A DNA stretch of 64,000 bases from Gemmatimonadota bacterium (GTDB lineage: Bacteria > Gemmatimonadota > Gemmatimonadetes > Gemmatimonadales > GWC2-71-9). The notes under the pieces were generated by a model, which searched no databases, was not told the DNA's origin, and worked only from the letters and a program-made list of their open reading frames with translations. The stretch lies in contig JBDHHP010000012.1 of assembly GCA_039589275.1 (NCBI GenBank), positions 2,573 to 66,572 of the forward strand, read 5' to 3'. Positions 9,905 through 18,464 of this stretch are shown here, one piece after another; position 1 is the first letter of the stretch, and the number at the start of each line of letters is the position of its first letter. Both the position numbers and the translations under genes were made by a program.

Positions 9905-10255
9905 ATGAACTCGATGGTCGAGATTCGCGCAGTGGTGCGCATAGAGATGCTCGATAGGGTTGTGCGGACACTCAAGGAGTCGGGTTGCCCTAGGCTCACG
10001 GTAACGCGAGTGCACGCCGTGGGTGCAGGAGCCGACCCAACCCATCCGAAGTATGGCTTTGAAGAGGGCTCGGCGTACGTGGACAAGGCTCACGTGCAGT
10101 TCATTTGCGCTGCCGAACGCTGCGACATGTTCACCGAGTTGATCGCCAACGCGGCTAAGACGGGGCAACGGGGAGACGGGATCGTCTCCGTTCATCCGGT
10201 GAGCACGGTGGTCAAGATCAGGACTGGGATAATCGGCCTGGCCGCATTGGCCTAG
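9905..10255 (+). CDS. PII (GlnB/GlnK) superfamily protein with divergent T-loop, 9 nt downstream of the RND pump
   Basis: 116 aa. AAKTGQRGDGIVSVHPVSTVVKIRTG aligns with the GlnB C-terminal TGKIGDGKIFV...VIRIRTGE. The N-terminus has a beta-alpha-beta pattern (VEIRAVVRIEMLDRVVRTLKESG). Confidence 0.8.
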   Translation: MNSMVEIRAVVRIEMLDRVVRTLKESGCPRLTVTRVHAVGAGADPTHPKYGFEEGSAYVDKAHVQFICAAERCDMFTELIANAAKTGQRGDGIVSVHPVSTVVKIRTGIIGLAALA

Positions 10256-10315
10256 AGCCCTTCGGAAAGTTGGCACGAGTTGTTCGGAGCCGGGAAGAAA
10301 CGAGGAAGGGCTGAT

Positions 10316-10774
10316 ATGAGATTTGTGAGACCTGTTTTGACGGCGTGGGCGCTCGTGGCTGTCGCGAGCGTGTATGGTTCGGCGCTCTACGCTCAAGGGC
10401 ATTCCAACGAGGCGGCGGAAGTGGTGCACGCCTTTCACGCGGCAATAGCCGCCGGCGACTCAAGTGGCGCGCTGCGATTGCTCGATCCCGACGTGGTCAT
10501 ATACGAGAGCGGCGGAGTGGAACAGTCGCGAGCCGAGTTCGAATCACATCACCTCGGCAGCGACATAGCGTTTGCGCAGAGTACTGACAGAACCATGACA
10601 GAACAGCACGCCGTCGAATCGGGGGAGTATGCCTGGTTCAGGAGCGTTTCAGAGGTGCGCGGCGAGTTCAGGGGACGCCAGATAAACTCGCGCAGCACGG
10701 AAACCGTGATCCTACGGCGCAGCGATGAGGGTTGGCGCATCGTGCACATACACTGGTCGTCGCGACCGTTGTGA
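10316..10774 (+). CDS. Secreted NTF2/SnoaL-like (DUF4440-like) protein
   Basis: ATG 10316 follows GAGGAAGGG. Signal peptide MRFVRPVLTAWALVAVASVYGSALYA. Other family cues: AAEVVHAFHAAIAAGDSSGA... and a C-terminal EGWRIVHIHWS. Confidence 0.7.
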   Translation: MRFVRPVLTAWALVAVASVYGSALYAQGHSNEAAEVVHAFHAAIAAGDSSGALRLLDPDVVIYESGGVEQSRAEFESHHLGSDIAFAQSTDRTMTEQHAVESGEYAWFRSVSEVRGEFRGRQINSRSTETVILRRSDEGWRIVHIHWSSRPL

Positions 10775-10811
10775 ACCGTACGCCAATCTCAACCAGCGTG
10801 GGGTTGGGCAA

Positions 10812-11120
10812 ATGAATGCGACAATGAAGCCCCGCATACCCGATGATGTAATGATCGCATCCGCCGAGGTGATCAAGTGCATGGGACATCCAATGCGCCT
10901 CCGTCTGCTCGAAGCGCTGGTATCCGGGGAAAAGTCGGTATCTGAACTACAGGACGATGTTGGCGGGACCCAGGTAGCGGTGTCCCAGCAGTTGACCACC
11001 CTCAAAGGCCGAGGACTGGTGGGAAGCCGGCGACAAGGCGCACACATGTATTATCGCATCACCGAGCCGAAGGTGACGTTCATCTTGAATTGCATACGAA
11101 CTAGTCCTATTGACGATTGA
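10812..11120 (+). CDS. ArsR/SmtB-family transcriptional regulator
   Basis: Winged-helix core: HPMRLRLLEALVSGEKSVSELQDDVGGTQVAVSQQLTTLKGRGLV..R.G....Y. Start at ATG 10812. Confidence 0.88.
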   Translation: MNATMKPRIPDDVMIASAEVIKCMGHPMRLRLLEALVSGEKSVSELQDDVGGTQVAVSQQLTTLKGRGLVGSRRQGAHMYYRITEPKVTFILNCIRTSPIDD

Positions 11121-11199
11121 CCAATCGTTCATTCGGCGCGGCTGCGGACGATCTGAAGACTGAGTATACAATGAGAATCCGAACAACCGGAGGTTATCA

Positions 11200-12174
11200 A
11201 TGAAGCCCTTTGCGTATTCTACGCTCTTGCTGGCCGGCCTGTTGCCAGCCGCAGTTGCGTGTGACGGCGATACAACAGCACCAAATGGAGAGTTCACGGC
11301 GCTACTGTCTGTGGCACCCACGGGCGGGACAACCGATGTTGACCCTAACACGACTGTGACGATGGAGTTCGGCGCCGCGATGCACCAGGAGATGTTTGTC
11401 GCGCTACACGGAGAAGACATGACGGGGATGTACGGACCCTTGGTCGACGGAGCTTGGAGTTGGTCGCAGGACCGCATGCGTCTGATGTTCACGCCCGACG
11501 CAGCGCTAATGCCCGCCACCCGCTACACGGTTCACGTCGGCGGTGGCATGATGGACGTCGAGGGGCACGTAATCGATCTCGGGGAGCACGGACCGGGGAT
11601 GGGCGGTCAGTGGATAACCCAGGGGATGATGCAGGGGTGTGCCATGCAGGTGTGTGGCGGGATGATGGGACAAGGATGGACGCATCCGGACAACGGCAGC
11701 TTCGGCATGGGGTTCACGTTCACCACCGCGGCGGCGCCGGCCCTCTTGACCGTCACGCCGGGGGGCGGGACCATGGACGTGGACCCCAACACCAACATCG
11801 ATCTAGAGTTCAGTCACGCCATGCACGGTGAAATGCATGCGGCGCTGCACCAGCAAGACCACACCGGCCGCTACGGCCCGCTCGTGATGGGCACCTGGAG
11901 CTGGTCGGCCGACAGTACACACCTCAGGTTCATGCCTGATTCGCCGCTCGATCCAAACACTGATTACACGATTCACATCGGCGGTGGCATGATGGACGCC
12001 GAGGGGCACGTGATCGATCTCGAGGAACACGGACCGGGAATGGGCGGTCAGTGGATAACCCAGGGGATGATGCAGGGGTGCATGATGCAGGTATGCGGTG
12101 GCATGATGGGAAAGGGTTGGATGCATCCGGAGAACGGAAGCTTCGGGATGGGGTTCACCTTCACCACTAGATGA
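11200..12174 (+). CDS. Met-rich lipoprotein built from two tandem Ig-like (Big_5/SbsA-like) domains, each followed by a Met/Gly/Cys tail; putative Cu(I)/Ag(I)-binding protein
   Basis: SD GGAGG lies upstream. Signal/lipobox: MKPFAYSTLLLAGLLPAAVAC. About 34 of 324 residues are Met. Motif GGGMMD.EGHVIDL.EHGPGMGGQWITQGMMQGC.MQVCGGMMG.GW occurs twice. Confidence 0.8.
   Translation: MKPFAYSTLLLAGLLPAAVACDGDTTAPNGEFTALLSVAPTGGTTDVDPNTTVTMEFGAAMHQEMFVALHGEDMTGMYGPLVDGAWSWSQDRMRLMFTPDAALMPATRYTVHVGGGMMDVEGHVIDLGEHGPGMGGQWITQGMMQGCAMQVCGGMMGQGWTHPDNGSFGMGFTFTTAAAPALLTVTPGGGTMDVDPNTNIDLEFSHAMHGEMHAALHQQDHTGRYGPLVMGTWSWSADSTHLRFMPDSPLDPNTDYTIHIGGGMMDAEGHVIDLEEHGPGMGGQWITQGMMQGCMMQVCGGMMGKGWMHPENGSFGMGFTFTTR
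11293..12171 (+). repeat. Intragenic tandem duplication, two 441-bp (147-codon) units
   Basis: Unit 1 is about 11293-11733 and unit 2 about 11734-12171. The 3-prime ~180 nt of each unit (from GGCGGTGGCATGATGGAC at 11539 and 11980) are near-identical at DNA level. Confidence 0.9.
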
Positions 12175-12310
12175 CGGCTGAGGGCCTCGCCGCCTGACTT
12201 CGCCACGGCCTCCGTGTCTCTGAACGGGATGCGGGGGCCGCTCAGCTGTTACCTTGGACGGTGTCCCGATGTCCCCGCGATAGGTAGCTGACGATCTATG
12301 GAGCCCGCTC

Positions 12311-12814
12311 ATGACCGACGCTCGATTGACCGAGATACTCGCTGTACTCGATCCGAAGCCTGGTAAACCGCTGTGGCACGGTGGCGCCAGTCCCCTCGGA
12401 TCATTGCGCGGCGTCTCCCCGGAACTGGCCGCGTGGAAGCCCTACCGCGGGGGGCACAGCATCTGGGAGTTCACGCTGCACATCGCCTATTGGAAGTATG
12501 CGGTGAGAAGAAGGCTCGAGGACTCGGCAGTCGGAGGGTTTCCACGCTCGCCGGCGGATTGGCCCGCGATGCCGAAGGGTCGGGACGACAAATCATGGCG
12601 CAGCGACCGATCGTTGCTTCGTGAGGAACACGAAACCCTCATAGCGGCAATTCGGAGCTTCGATCCCAAGAGGCTCGATGAGAAGGCGTCGGGAAGGAAG
12701 GTGTACCGCTATCTGGATCTGCTCCATGGTGTGGTGATGCATGACACCTACCATGTGGGTCAGGTGCAGTTGCTCAAGCGGATGTATCGAGCCAGAAAGA
12801 GCAAGGCAAAGTGA
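12311..12814 (+). CDS. DinB-superfamily (DinB_2-like) protein
   Basis: 167 aa with a four-helix His pattern: HSIWEFTLHIAYWKYAV ... VMHDTYHVGQVQLLKRMY. Confidence 0.75.
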   Translation: MTDARLTEILAVLDPKPGKPLWHGGASPLGSLRGVSPELAAWKPYRGGHSIWEFTLHIAYWKYAVRRRLEDSAVGGFPRSPADWPAMPKGRDDKSWRSDRSLLREEHETLIAAIRSFDPKRLDEKASGRKVYRYLDLLHGVVMHDTYHVGQVQLLKRMYRARKSKAK

Positions 12815-13251
12815 TCTCGCAGTCGTGGACCGTTTCTCTCGCCACGGCGCTGCTGCTGGGGTGCAGTCAACCCCACGTCGGCAGTTCGCGCGAGGCAGCG
12901 GTGCTGGCGGCTGACAGCGCGCGCATTGTGGCAATGCTGTCGGACGATACTGTGGCACTGGACTCCCTCCTACATAGCGAACTCATCTACACCCACTCAA
13001 ACGGCGTGATCGATTCCAAGCAGTCCCTCTTAGAGGGCCTCATGAGTGGCCGTGTGGACTACCGCTCAATCGAAGTGGAAAGTGCCGTGGTGCGCATCCA
13101 TGGTGACGCCGCGGTCGTGACTGGGCGGGTCCGAATGGAGGTTGCAGCCGGCGAAGCGGTGCACCATCTGCTGAGCAACTACACGACGGTCTATTGGTGG
13201 GAGGAAGGTCGGTGGCAGATGGTAGCGTATCAGTCGTGCGCGGCGGCTTGA
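12811..13251 (+). CDS. NTF2-like (DUF4440/SnoaL-like) lipoprotein
   Basis: GTG 12811 overlaps the previous stop (GTGA). Lipobox LLLGC. Other cues: LHSELIYTHSNGVIDSKQSLLEGL...TTVYWWEEGRWQMVAYQS. Confidence 0.7.
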   Translation: MISQSWTVSLATALLLGCSQPHVGSSREAAVLAADSARIVAMLSDDTVALDSLLHSELIYTHSNGVIDSKQSLLEGLMSGRVDYRSIEVESAVVRIHGDAAVVTGRVRMEVAAGEAVHHLLSNYTTVYWWEEGRWQMVAYQSCAAA

Positions 13252-13279
13252 CCGTCCTACTCCGTACTGGACCGTCTTC

Positions 13280-14095
13280 CTATTCTCCGGCGAGGTCTTC
13301 CGGAGTCTGCGGCCGCTCAATCGTCTTCCTCCCCCTTGCCCTAAACGCCGCTATCGCCTTAGACGTGTAATCCGACAGTACGAGTCGCGCACTGGTCTCG
13401 GCGCGCTCGGTGAGTAGTGCGTCCCAGTTGTCGGTCCCGCGCCAGCACATGCGCTTGATGTCCGCGGCGGCATCGGGGTTGCGCTGAGCGAGTTCTGCGG
13501 CGAGCGTCGTGACCGCTTGGTCCAACTCGGCCACCGTTGAAACCAGCTTAGTGTAGAGGCCGTGGGAATGAGCCCAAGCTGCGTCGCGCCAGTCAGCGTC
13601 AATCGACATTGCCTGAAATGCCGCACGACCGATTCTTCGTTCCACGGCGAGTCCGATTACGAATGGTCCGATCCCAATCGCGAACTCGCTCAACTTGACC
13701 GATGCATTGTCGATGGCAATTACGTAGTCGGAAGTCGACATCAATCCCAATGCTCCACCAACGCCTTTTCCGTGCACCCGACAGATGATGAACTTGGGGC
13801 AGCGCTTCATCGCGAGAATCACTCGCGCAAAACCGAGAAAGAACTCCCTACCGACTCCGACGTTCTCGATCGTCAGCAGCTCATCAAACGACGCTCCCGC
13901 GCAGAAGGGGCCGTCACCCCTGCTCTGAATCACCACGACTCTCGCGTTGTCGTCAACACCAACCCTGTCGATGGCTGCTGCAAGCCGGCGCAGCAGCGTG
14001 CCCGGCAGCGAGTTCTTCTTGGGATGGAAGAACGTGACGGTGGCGATTCCGTTAGTGATATCGACCTCAATCGACCCCGCATCGACGTCGTTCAT
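13280..14095 (-). CDS. Enoyl-CoA hydratase/isomerase (crotonase) family protein, last gene of the paa cluster (PaaF-like?)
   Basis: Start at ATG 14095 overlaps the paaZ stop (ATGA). Crotonase motifs: VVVIQSRGDGPFCAGASFDEL and GKGVGGALGLMSTSDYVIA. Confidence 0.85.
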   Translation of the reverse strand: MNDVDAGSIEVDITNGIATVTFFHPKKNSLPGTLLRRLAAAIDRVGVDDNARVVVIQSRGDGPFCAGASFDELLTIENVGVGREFFLGFARVILAMKRCPKFIICRVHGKGVGGALGLMSTSDYVIAIDNASVKLSEFAIGIGPFVIGLAVERRIGRAAFQAMSIDADWRDAAWAHSHGLYTKLVSTVAELDQAVTTLAAELAQRNPDAAADIKRMCWRGTDNWDALLTERAETSARLVLSDYTSKAIAAFRARGRKTIERPQTPEDLAGE

Positions 14096-16149
14096 GCCTG
14101 CATCTCCGGTGTGCGCGCGACTAACGTGAGTAGCGTGTAGTTTGCGACCAACATGTCGTCTTGATTGATCACGTCCACGTTCCACGCCACGGTGCCCTGT
14201 GGCACCTCGTCTTCCCGAGGTGGGCGAGTGGCTTTCTGTTTGCAGGTGAGCTTCACTTGAATAGTGTCGCCCGCGTAGACGGGTTCGATGAAACGTAGGT
14301 TATCCAGTCCGTAGTTGGCGATCACGGGCCCGGGCGCCGGGTGCACGAACAACCCGGCTGCAGCAGACAAGACGAAGTAGCCGTGCGCTACTCGCCTCTC
14401 GAACATCGATTCCTTGGCAGCGATCTCATCCATGTGGGCATAGAAGTAGTCGCCGCTCACGCCGGCGAAGTTCACGATGTCCGCTTCGGTGACAGTGCGG
14501 CGATGAGTTACCAGCGTGTCGCCGATCTGAAGCTCGTCGAAGTACTTCTGAAACGGGTGGATGCGGTCGGTGGGACGCGCCGCGCCGGGCATCCACTCGC
14601 CCGACACACGAGTGAGAGTGGTCGGTGAGCCTTGGAGCGCCACACGCTGCATGAAGTGGAGCACTCCACGGACTCCACCCATCTCCTCGCCGCCGCCCGC
14701 GCGACCCGGACCCCCGTGGGTCAGATGCGGCAAGGGTGAACCATGGCCGGTTGATTCCTTGGCGCAGTCACGGTTGATCAACATCAGTCTACCGTGATGG
14801 GGACCGATGCCCAGCACGATTTGCCGCGCCACCGCATCGTCGGCGGTGAACAGTGAACCGCACAGGCTGCCCCTACCGAGTGCGGCGAGCTGGATTGACT
14901 CATCGACCGACTTATAAGGCATGATCGTGTTGACGGGCCCGAAGGCCTCCACGTCGTGAGGAGCCTTCTTGTCGAACGGGGTGCTGCAATACAGTAGAGT
15001 CGTGGGGTAGAACGCGCCCTTCTCGCGGTCACCGCCCACGATGTCGAAGCTTGCTTCGTCGCCGTAGATCAGCTCGGCGTCGTTTCTCAACGCGGCAACG
15101 CGCTCGGATACCTCCTTGGTCTGGGCGCGGCCGGCCAACGGGCCCATGCGGACCTCGTCCCTCGCTGGGTCACCGATCTTGACCTTGTCGAGGCGCTGCT
15201 TGAGCGCTTCGACGACGGCTTCCGACAGCGAGTCCGGTACGATCGTGCGGCGAATGGCCGTGCATTTCTGACCCGCTTTCACCGTCATCTCTTTGGCCAC
15301 TTCCTTGACGAACAGATTGAACTCGTCAGTGCCGGGCTCTGCGTCTGGGCCCAAGATGGAGCAGTTGAGTGAGTCAGCCTCCAAGTTGAAGCGGATCGAG
15401 TTCTCGACCACGTTGGGATGGCTCTTGAGCATGCGCCCGGTCGATGCCGAGCCCGTAAAAGTCACCACGTCTTGACTGGTGAAGTGGTCGAACAGATCGC
15501 CCACGCTACCACAAATGAGCTGTAGTGCACCCTGCGGCAGGATGTTCGACTCGATCATCGCCCGCACCATCTTCTCGGTGAGGTAACAGGTTAGCGTGGC
15601 CGGTTTGACGATCGCCGGCATACCGGCGAGGAACGTGGGCGCCAGTTTCTCGAGCATCCCCCAACAAGGGAAGTTGAAGGCGTTGATGTGCACCGCCGCC
15701 CCCTCTAGCGGAACACACACGTGGCGACCGACGAAGGTTCCTTCACGCGAGAGCTGTTCCATGCCACCGTCCACGTAGACGATGTCGTCCGGCATCTCGC
15801 GCCGCCCCTTGCCTGAGTACACGAAGAAAGTACTGATGCCTCCCTCGATATCGATCCAAGAGTCCATCCTCGTGGCGCCGGTCCACGCCGAGTCGACGTA
15901 GAACTCATCCTTCCTATCAGTGAGGTACTTGGCGAGCTCCTTGAGCATCAGAGCGCGTTGGTGAAATGTCAGCTTGTGCAGGTTGGGACCTCCGATGTTG
16001 CGTGCATAACCCAGCATGCCGGCAAAATCGAGTCCCGCACTGGAGACCTCACCGATCTTGCTACCGTCGACCGCGTCCAGCAACTCCTTGGCGTTGCCGT
16101 TCCCGGCGTGCCACTTTCCTTCTGCGTAACTCTCGATCTTTCTGCTCAC
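14092..16149 (-). CDS. paaZ: Bifunctional oxepin-CoA hydrolase / 3-oxo-5,6-dehydrosuberyl-CoA semialdehyde dehydrogenase
   Basis: 685 aa: an N-terminal aldehyde dehydrogenase domain plus a C-terminal MaoC-like hot-dog domain (similar in length to E. coli PaaZ, as recalled). GTG start overlaps the paaY stop (GTGA). Confidence 0.9.
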   Translation of the reverse strand: MSRKIESYAEGKWHAGNGNAKELLDAVDGSKIGEVSSAGLDFAGMLGYARNIGGPNLHKLTFHQRALMLKELAKYLTDRKDEFYVDSAWTGATRMDSWIDIEGGISTFFVYSGKGRREMPDDIVYVDGGMEQLSREGTFVGRHVCVPLEGAAVHINAFNFPCWGMLEKLAPTFLAGMPAIVKPATLTCYLTEKMVRAMIESNILPQGALQLICGSVGDLFDHFTSQDVVTFTGSASTGRMLKSHPNVVENSIRFNLEADSLNCSILGPDAEPGTDEFNLFVKEVAKEMTVKAGQKCTAIRRTIVPDSLSEAVVEALKQRLDKVKIGDPARDEVRMGPLAGRAQTKEVSERVAALRNDAELIYGDEASFDIVGGDREKGAFYPTTLLYCSTPFDKKAPHDVEAFGPVNTIMPYKSVDESIQLAALGRGSLCGSLFTADDAVARQIVLGIGPHHGRLMLINRDCAKESTGHGSPLPHLTHGGPGRAGGGEEMGGVRGVLHFMQRVALQGSPTTLTRVSGEWMPGAARPTDRIHPFQKYFDELQIGDTLVTHRRTVTEADIVNFAGVSGDYFYAHMDEIAAKESMFERRVAHGYFVLSAAAGLFVHPAPGPVIANYGLDNLRFIEPVYAGDTIQVKLTCKQKATRPPREDEVPQGTVAWNVDVINQDDMLVANYTLLTLVARTPEMQA

Positions 16150-16760
16150 TGCTTTCGCCTCTCCTGCTGAGTTTGCTTCCAGGTCTTGTAGCCCGTGGTC
16201 ATCACAGGTAGGTCTTCCGGGACTTCACGTAACGGCTCGCACGGCTCGAGTGTCTCATGCAGTTGTTGCGGCAGTCGCTGATACAGCGCGGTTCCCGCGG
16301 TCTTCCACGCCAGCATCTCATCGCTCACGTCCTTTGCGATCCTGGCCGGGTTGCCCACGACGATCTTGCGCGGTGGAATCTCGGTCCCCTCGGGTACAAA
16401 GCAGAGTGCCCCAACAATGCAGCCGTCGCCAATGACCGCGTTGTCCATCACGACTGCGTTCATGCCGACCAGCGCGTTGCGGCCGATGTGGGCGCCGTGA
16501 ATCACTGCCCCGTGGCCGATATGAGCGGCCTCCTCGAGCCGGACGGTAACGCCGGGGAACATGTGGACCGTGCAACTCTCCTGCACGTTGCAGCCGTCCT
16601 CGATGATGATCTGGCCCCAGTCTCCCCGTATGGTGGCCCCGGGGGCGACGTAGACATCGCGTCCGATGATCACGTTGCCAGTTACAGTCGCGTTTGGATG
16701 GATAAACGCGCTCTCGTGAATCACCGGTCGGTAGCCCCTGTACGCGAAGATGTTTGCCAT
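16146..16760 (-). CDS. paaY: Phenylacetate degradation protein PaaY (hexapeptide-repeat, gamma-carbonic-anhydrase-like)
   Basis: Left-handed beta-helix repeats. HIGHGAVIHGAHIGRNALVGMNAVVMDNAVIG closely parallels E. coli PaaY. Confidence 0.88.
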   Translation of the reverse strand: MANIFAYRGYRPVIHESAFIHPNATVTGNVIIGRDVYVAPGATIRGDWGQIIIEDGCNVQESCTVHMFPGVTVRLEEAAHIGHGAVIHGAHIGRNALVGMNAVVMDNAVIGDGCIVGALCFVPEGTEIPPRKIVVGNPARIAKDVSDEMLAWKTAGTALYQRLPQQLHETLEPCEPLREVPEDLPVMTTGYKTWKQTQQERRKQ

Positions 16761-16778
16761 TGTCAGCCTACTCGTCGG

Positions 16779-17222
16779 TCACGAGTCTTCAATCTCCTCG
16801 GGAATCAACATCTGCTTTGTGCGGTACACTGTTCCCCGAAAGAGTCCCACGGTGGCGCCGTCTTGTTTGGTCACAATGATGTTGTAAGTGGCCGCTCTAC
16901 CACCCAGGTTCATCTCCTCGGCCGTGGCGGTCAACAAGTCGCCCTCCAAGATCTTCGCGGGATACGTGATGTTGGCGTCTAACGCCAAGCTCAGTCTGCC
17001 GTGCGAGTTGGAGGCGAACGCCAGCGCTGTGTCCGCGAACGAGAACGGGATGCCCCCGTGGCAAACGCCAAAGCAATTCATCATCTCGCCGCGCACTGTC
17101 ATGCGCAATGTGACCGCACCCGGACTCACGGCAACTACCTCGATACCGAGCCATTGGCTGAAGGCGTCATCCCGCAGCATGCGTGCAGCGACCTGTTCGG
17201 CCTGGGCTTGTTTTCCGGTCAT
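16779..17222 (-). CDS. paaI: Hydroxyphenylacetyl-CoA thioesterase PaaI (hot-dog fold)
   Basis: Motif: DAFSQWLGIEVVAVSPGAVTLRMTVRGEMMNCFGVCHGGIPFSFADTA. ATG overlaps the paaH stop (ATGA). Confidence 0.88.
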   Translation of the reverse strand: MTGKQAQAEQVAARMLRDDAFSQWLGIEVVAVSPGAVTLRMTVRGEMMNCFGVCHGGIPFSFADTALAFASNSHGRLSLALDANITYPAKILEGDLLTATAEEMNLGGRAATYNIIVTKQDGATVGLFRGTVYRTKQMLIPEEIEDS

Positions 17223-18460
17223 AGTGAGCCGGCGTCCTGGCCCTCGCCATAGAACGACATTCCCGCGCGCGCCATACGCCTGATGAGCGGGTTGGGTCGG
17301 TACCGATCCTCGCCGAACTCTGCCTGCAGTGCCTCGAGGCGCCCGAGCACGGTCTCGATCCCGATCTCATCCGCCCACGCGAGGAGGCCCTTGGGGTAGT
17401 TGACACCCTTGGTCATCGCGAGGTCCACGTCTTCCGCTGTTGCTACCCGCATGAACACCGCATCTGCGGCCTCGTTGATCAGCATTGCGACGATGCGCTC
17501 GACGATCGCAGTGCCAATTGTCACGTCGGTAGTTGGCTCCGGGTTGGTTGCTCCTTCACGATGGTCGTAATATCCCGTTCCGGTCTTACGACCCAGCCGG
17601 CCCGCCTCGACCATGCGTTGCTGGGTAAAGGCGGGCTTGAATCGAGGATCGTAGAAGAAGGCCTCGAAGACGGTTTCGGTGACCTTCAGATTGACGTCAT
17701 TGCCGATTAGGTCCATCAGCTCGAACGGACCCATGCGGAAGTGGCCGATCTCGCGCATCGCCCAGTCGATGGTCGCTGCGTCGGCGAACCCCTCCTCTAG
17801 CATGCGGAGCGCTTCGCCGTAGTAGGGTCGTGCTACACGGTTCACGATGAAACCAGGCGTGTCCTTTGCAACGACCGCTGTCTTGCCCCAGCAGTCACGC
17901 ACCAACGCCACCACCGCGTCGCGCACGGGCGTCGTCGTCGCGAGGCCAGGCACTACCTCCACGAGCGGCATCAACGGCGCTGGGTTGAAGAAGTGCAGTC
18001 CGACGACCCGGGAGGGATCTTCGCAGGCAGACGCGATGGCGGTGACGGACAGCGATGATGTGTTGGTGGCAATCACGGCGTCGCTGCGCTGCGACATGCG
18101 TTCGAGCTGCGCAAACGCGTGTTTCTTCACCGTCAGATCTTCCACTATGGCCTCGACCACCAATCCAGCGTCAGCCAGAGCCGCAATGTCGTCGCTGTAC
18201 CGGATGCGACAGAGCATGCCATCAGCCTCGACGCGCTCGATACGACCCTTCTCCACCAGGCGAGCGAAAACCTGCTCCATCCGCGCGCTCGCGCAGTCAA
18301 GGGCTTCTCGGCTCGAATCACATACTCGCACGTCATGGCCGGCAGCCGCCGCAACCTGCGCGATGCCGCTGCCCATGGTGCCGGAACCGAGTACGCCGAC
18401 GGGGAATTCAGCCACCGTCGGTACGGAGTCGAGCCACTGAAACTGCGTGGGAGTCGTCAC
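17219..18460 (-). CDS. paaH: 3-hydroxyadipyl-CoA (3-hydroxyacyl-CoA) dehydrogenase
   Basis: Rossmann motif VGVLGSGTMGSGIAQVAA, followed by 3HCDH N- and C-terminal domains and an extra C-terminal repeat. GTG start at 18460. Confidence 0.87.
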   Translation of the reverse strand: MTTPTQFQWLDSVPTVAEFPVGVLGSGTMGSGIAQVAAAAGHDVRVCDSSREALDCASARMEQVFARLVEKGRIERVEADGMLCRIRYSDDIAALADAGLVVEAIVEDLTVKKHAFAQLERMSQRSDAVIATNTSSLSVTAIASACEDPSRVVGLHFFNPAPLMPLVEVVPGLATTTPVRDAVVALVRDCWGKTAVVAKDTPGFIVNRVARPYYGEALRMLEEGFADAATIDWAMREIGHFRMGPFELMDLIGNDVNLKVTETVFEAFFYDPRFKPAFTQQRMVEAGRLGRKTGTGYYDHREGATNPEPTTDVTIGTAIVERIVAMLINEAADAVFMRVATAEDVDLAMTKGVNYPKGLLAWADEIGIETVLGRLEALQAEFGEDRYRPNPLIRRMARAGMSFYGEGQDAGSL

Positions 18461-18464
18461 CTGG

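Noticed and set aside
9878-10438. 186-aa minus-strand ORF overlapping the PII-like and NTF2-like genes
   Set aside because: The plus-strand genes have family motifs, SD sequences and signal peptides. The antisense product is featureless.
16257-16982. 241-aa plus-strand ORF over paaY/paaI
   Set aside because: It is antisense to two genes that are collinear with E. coli PaaY and PaaI.
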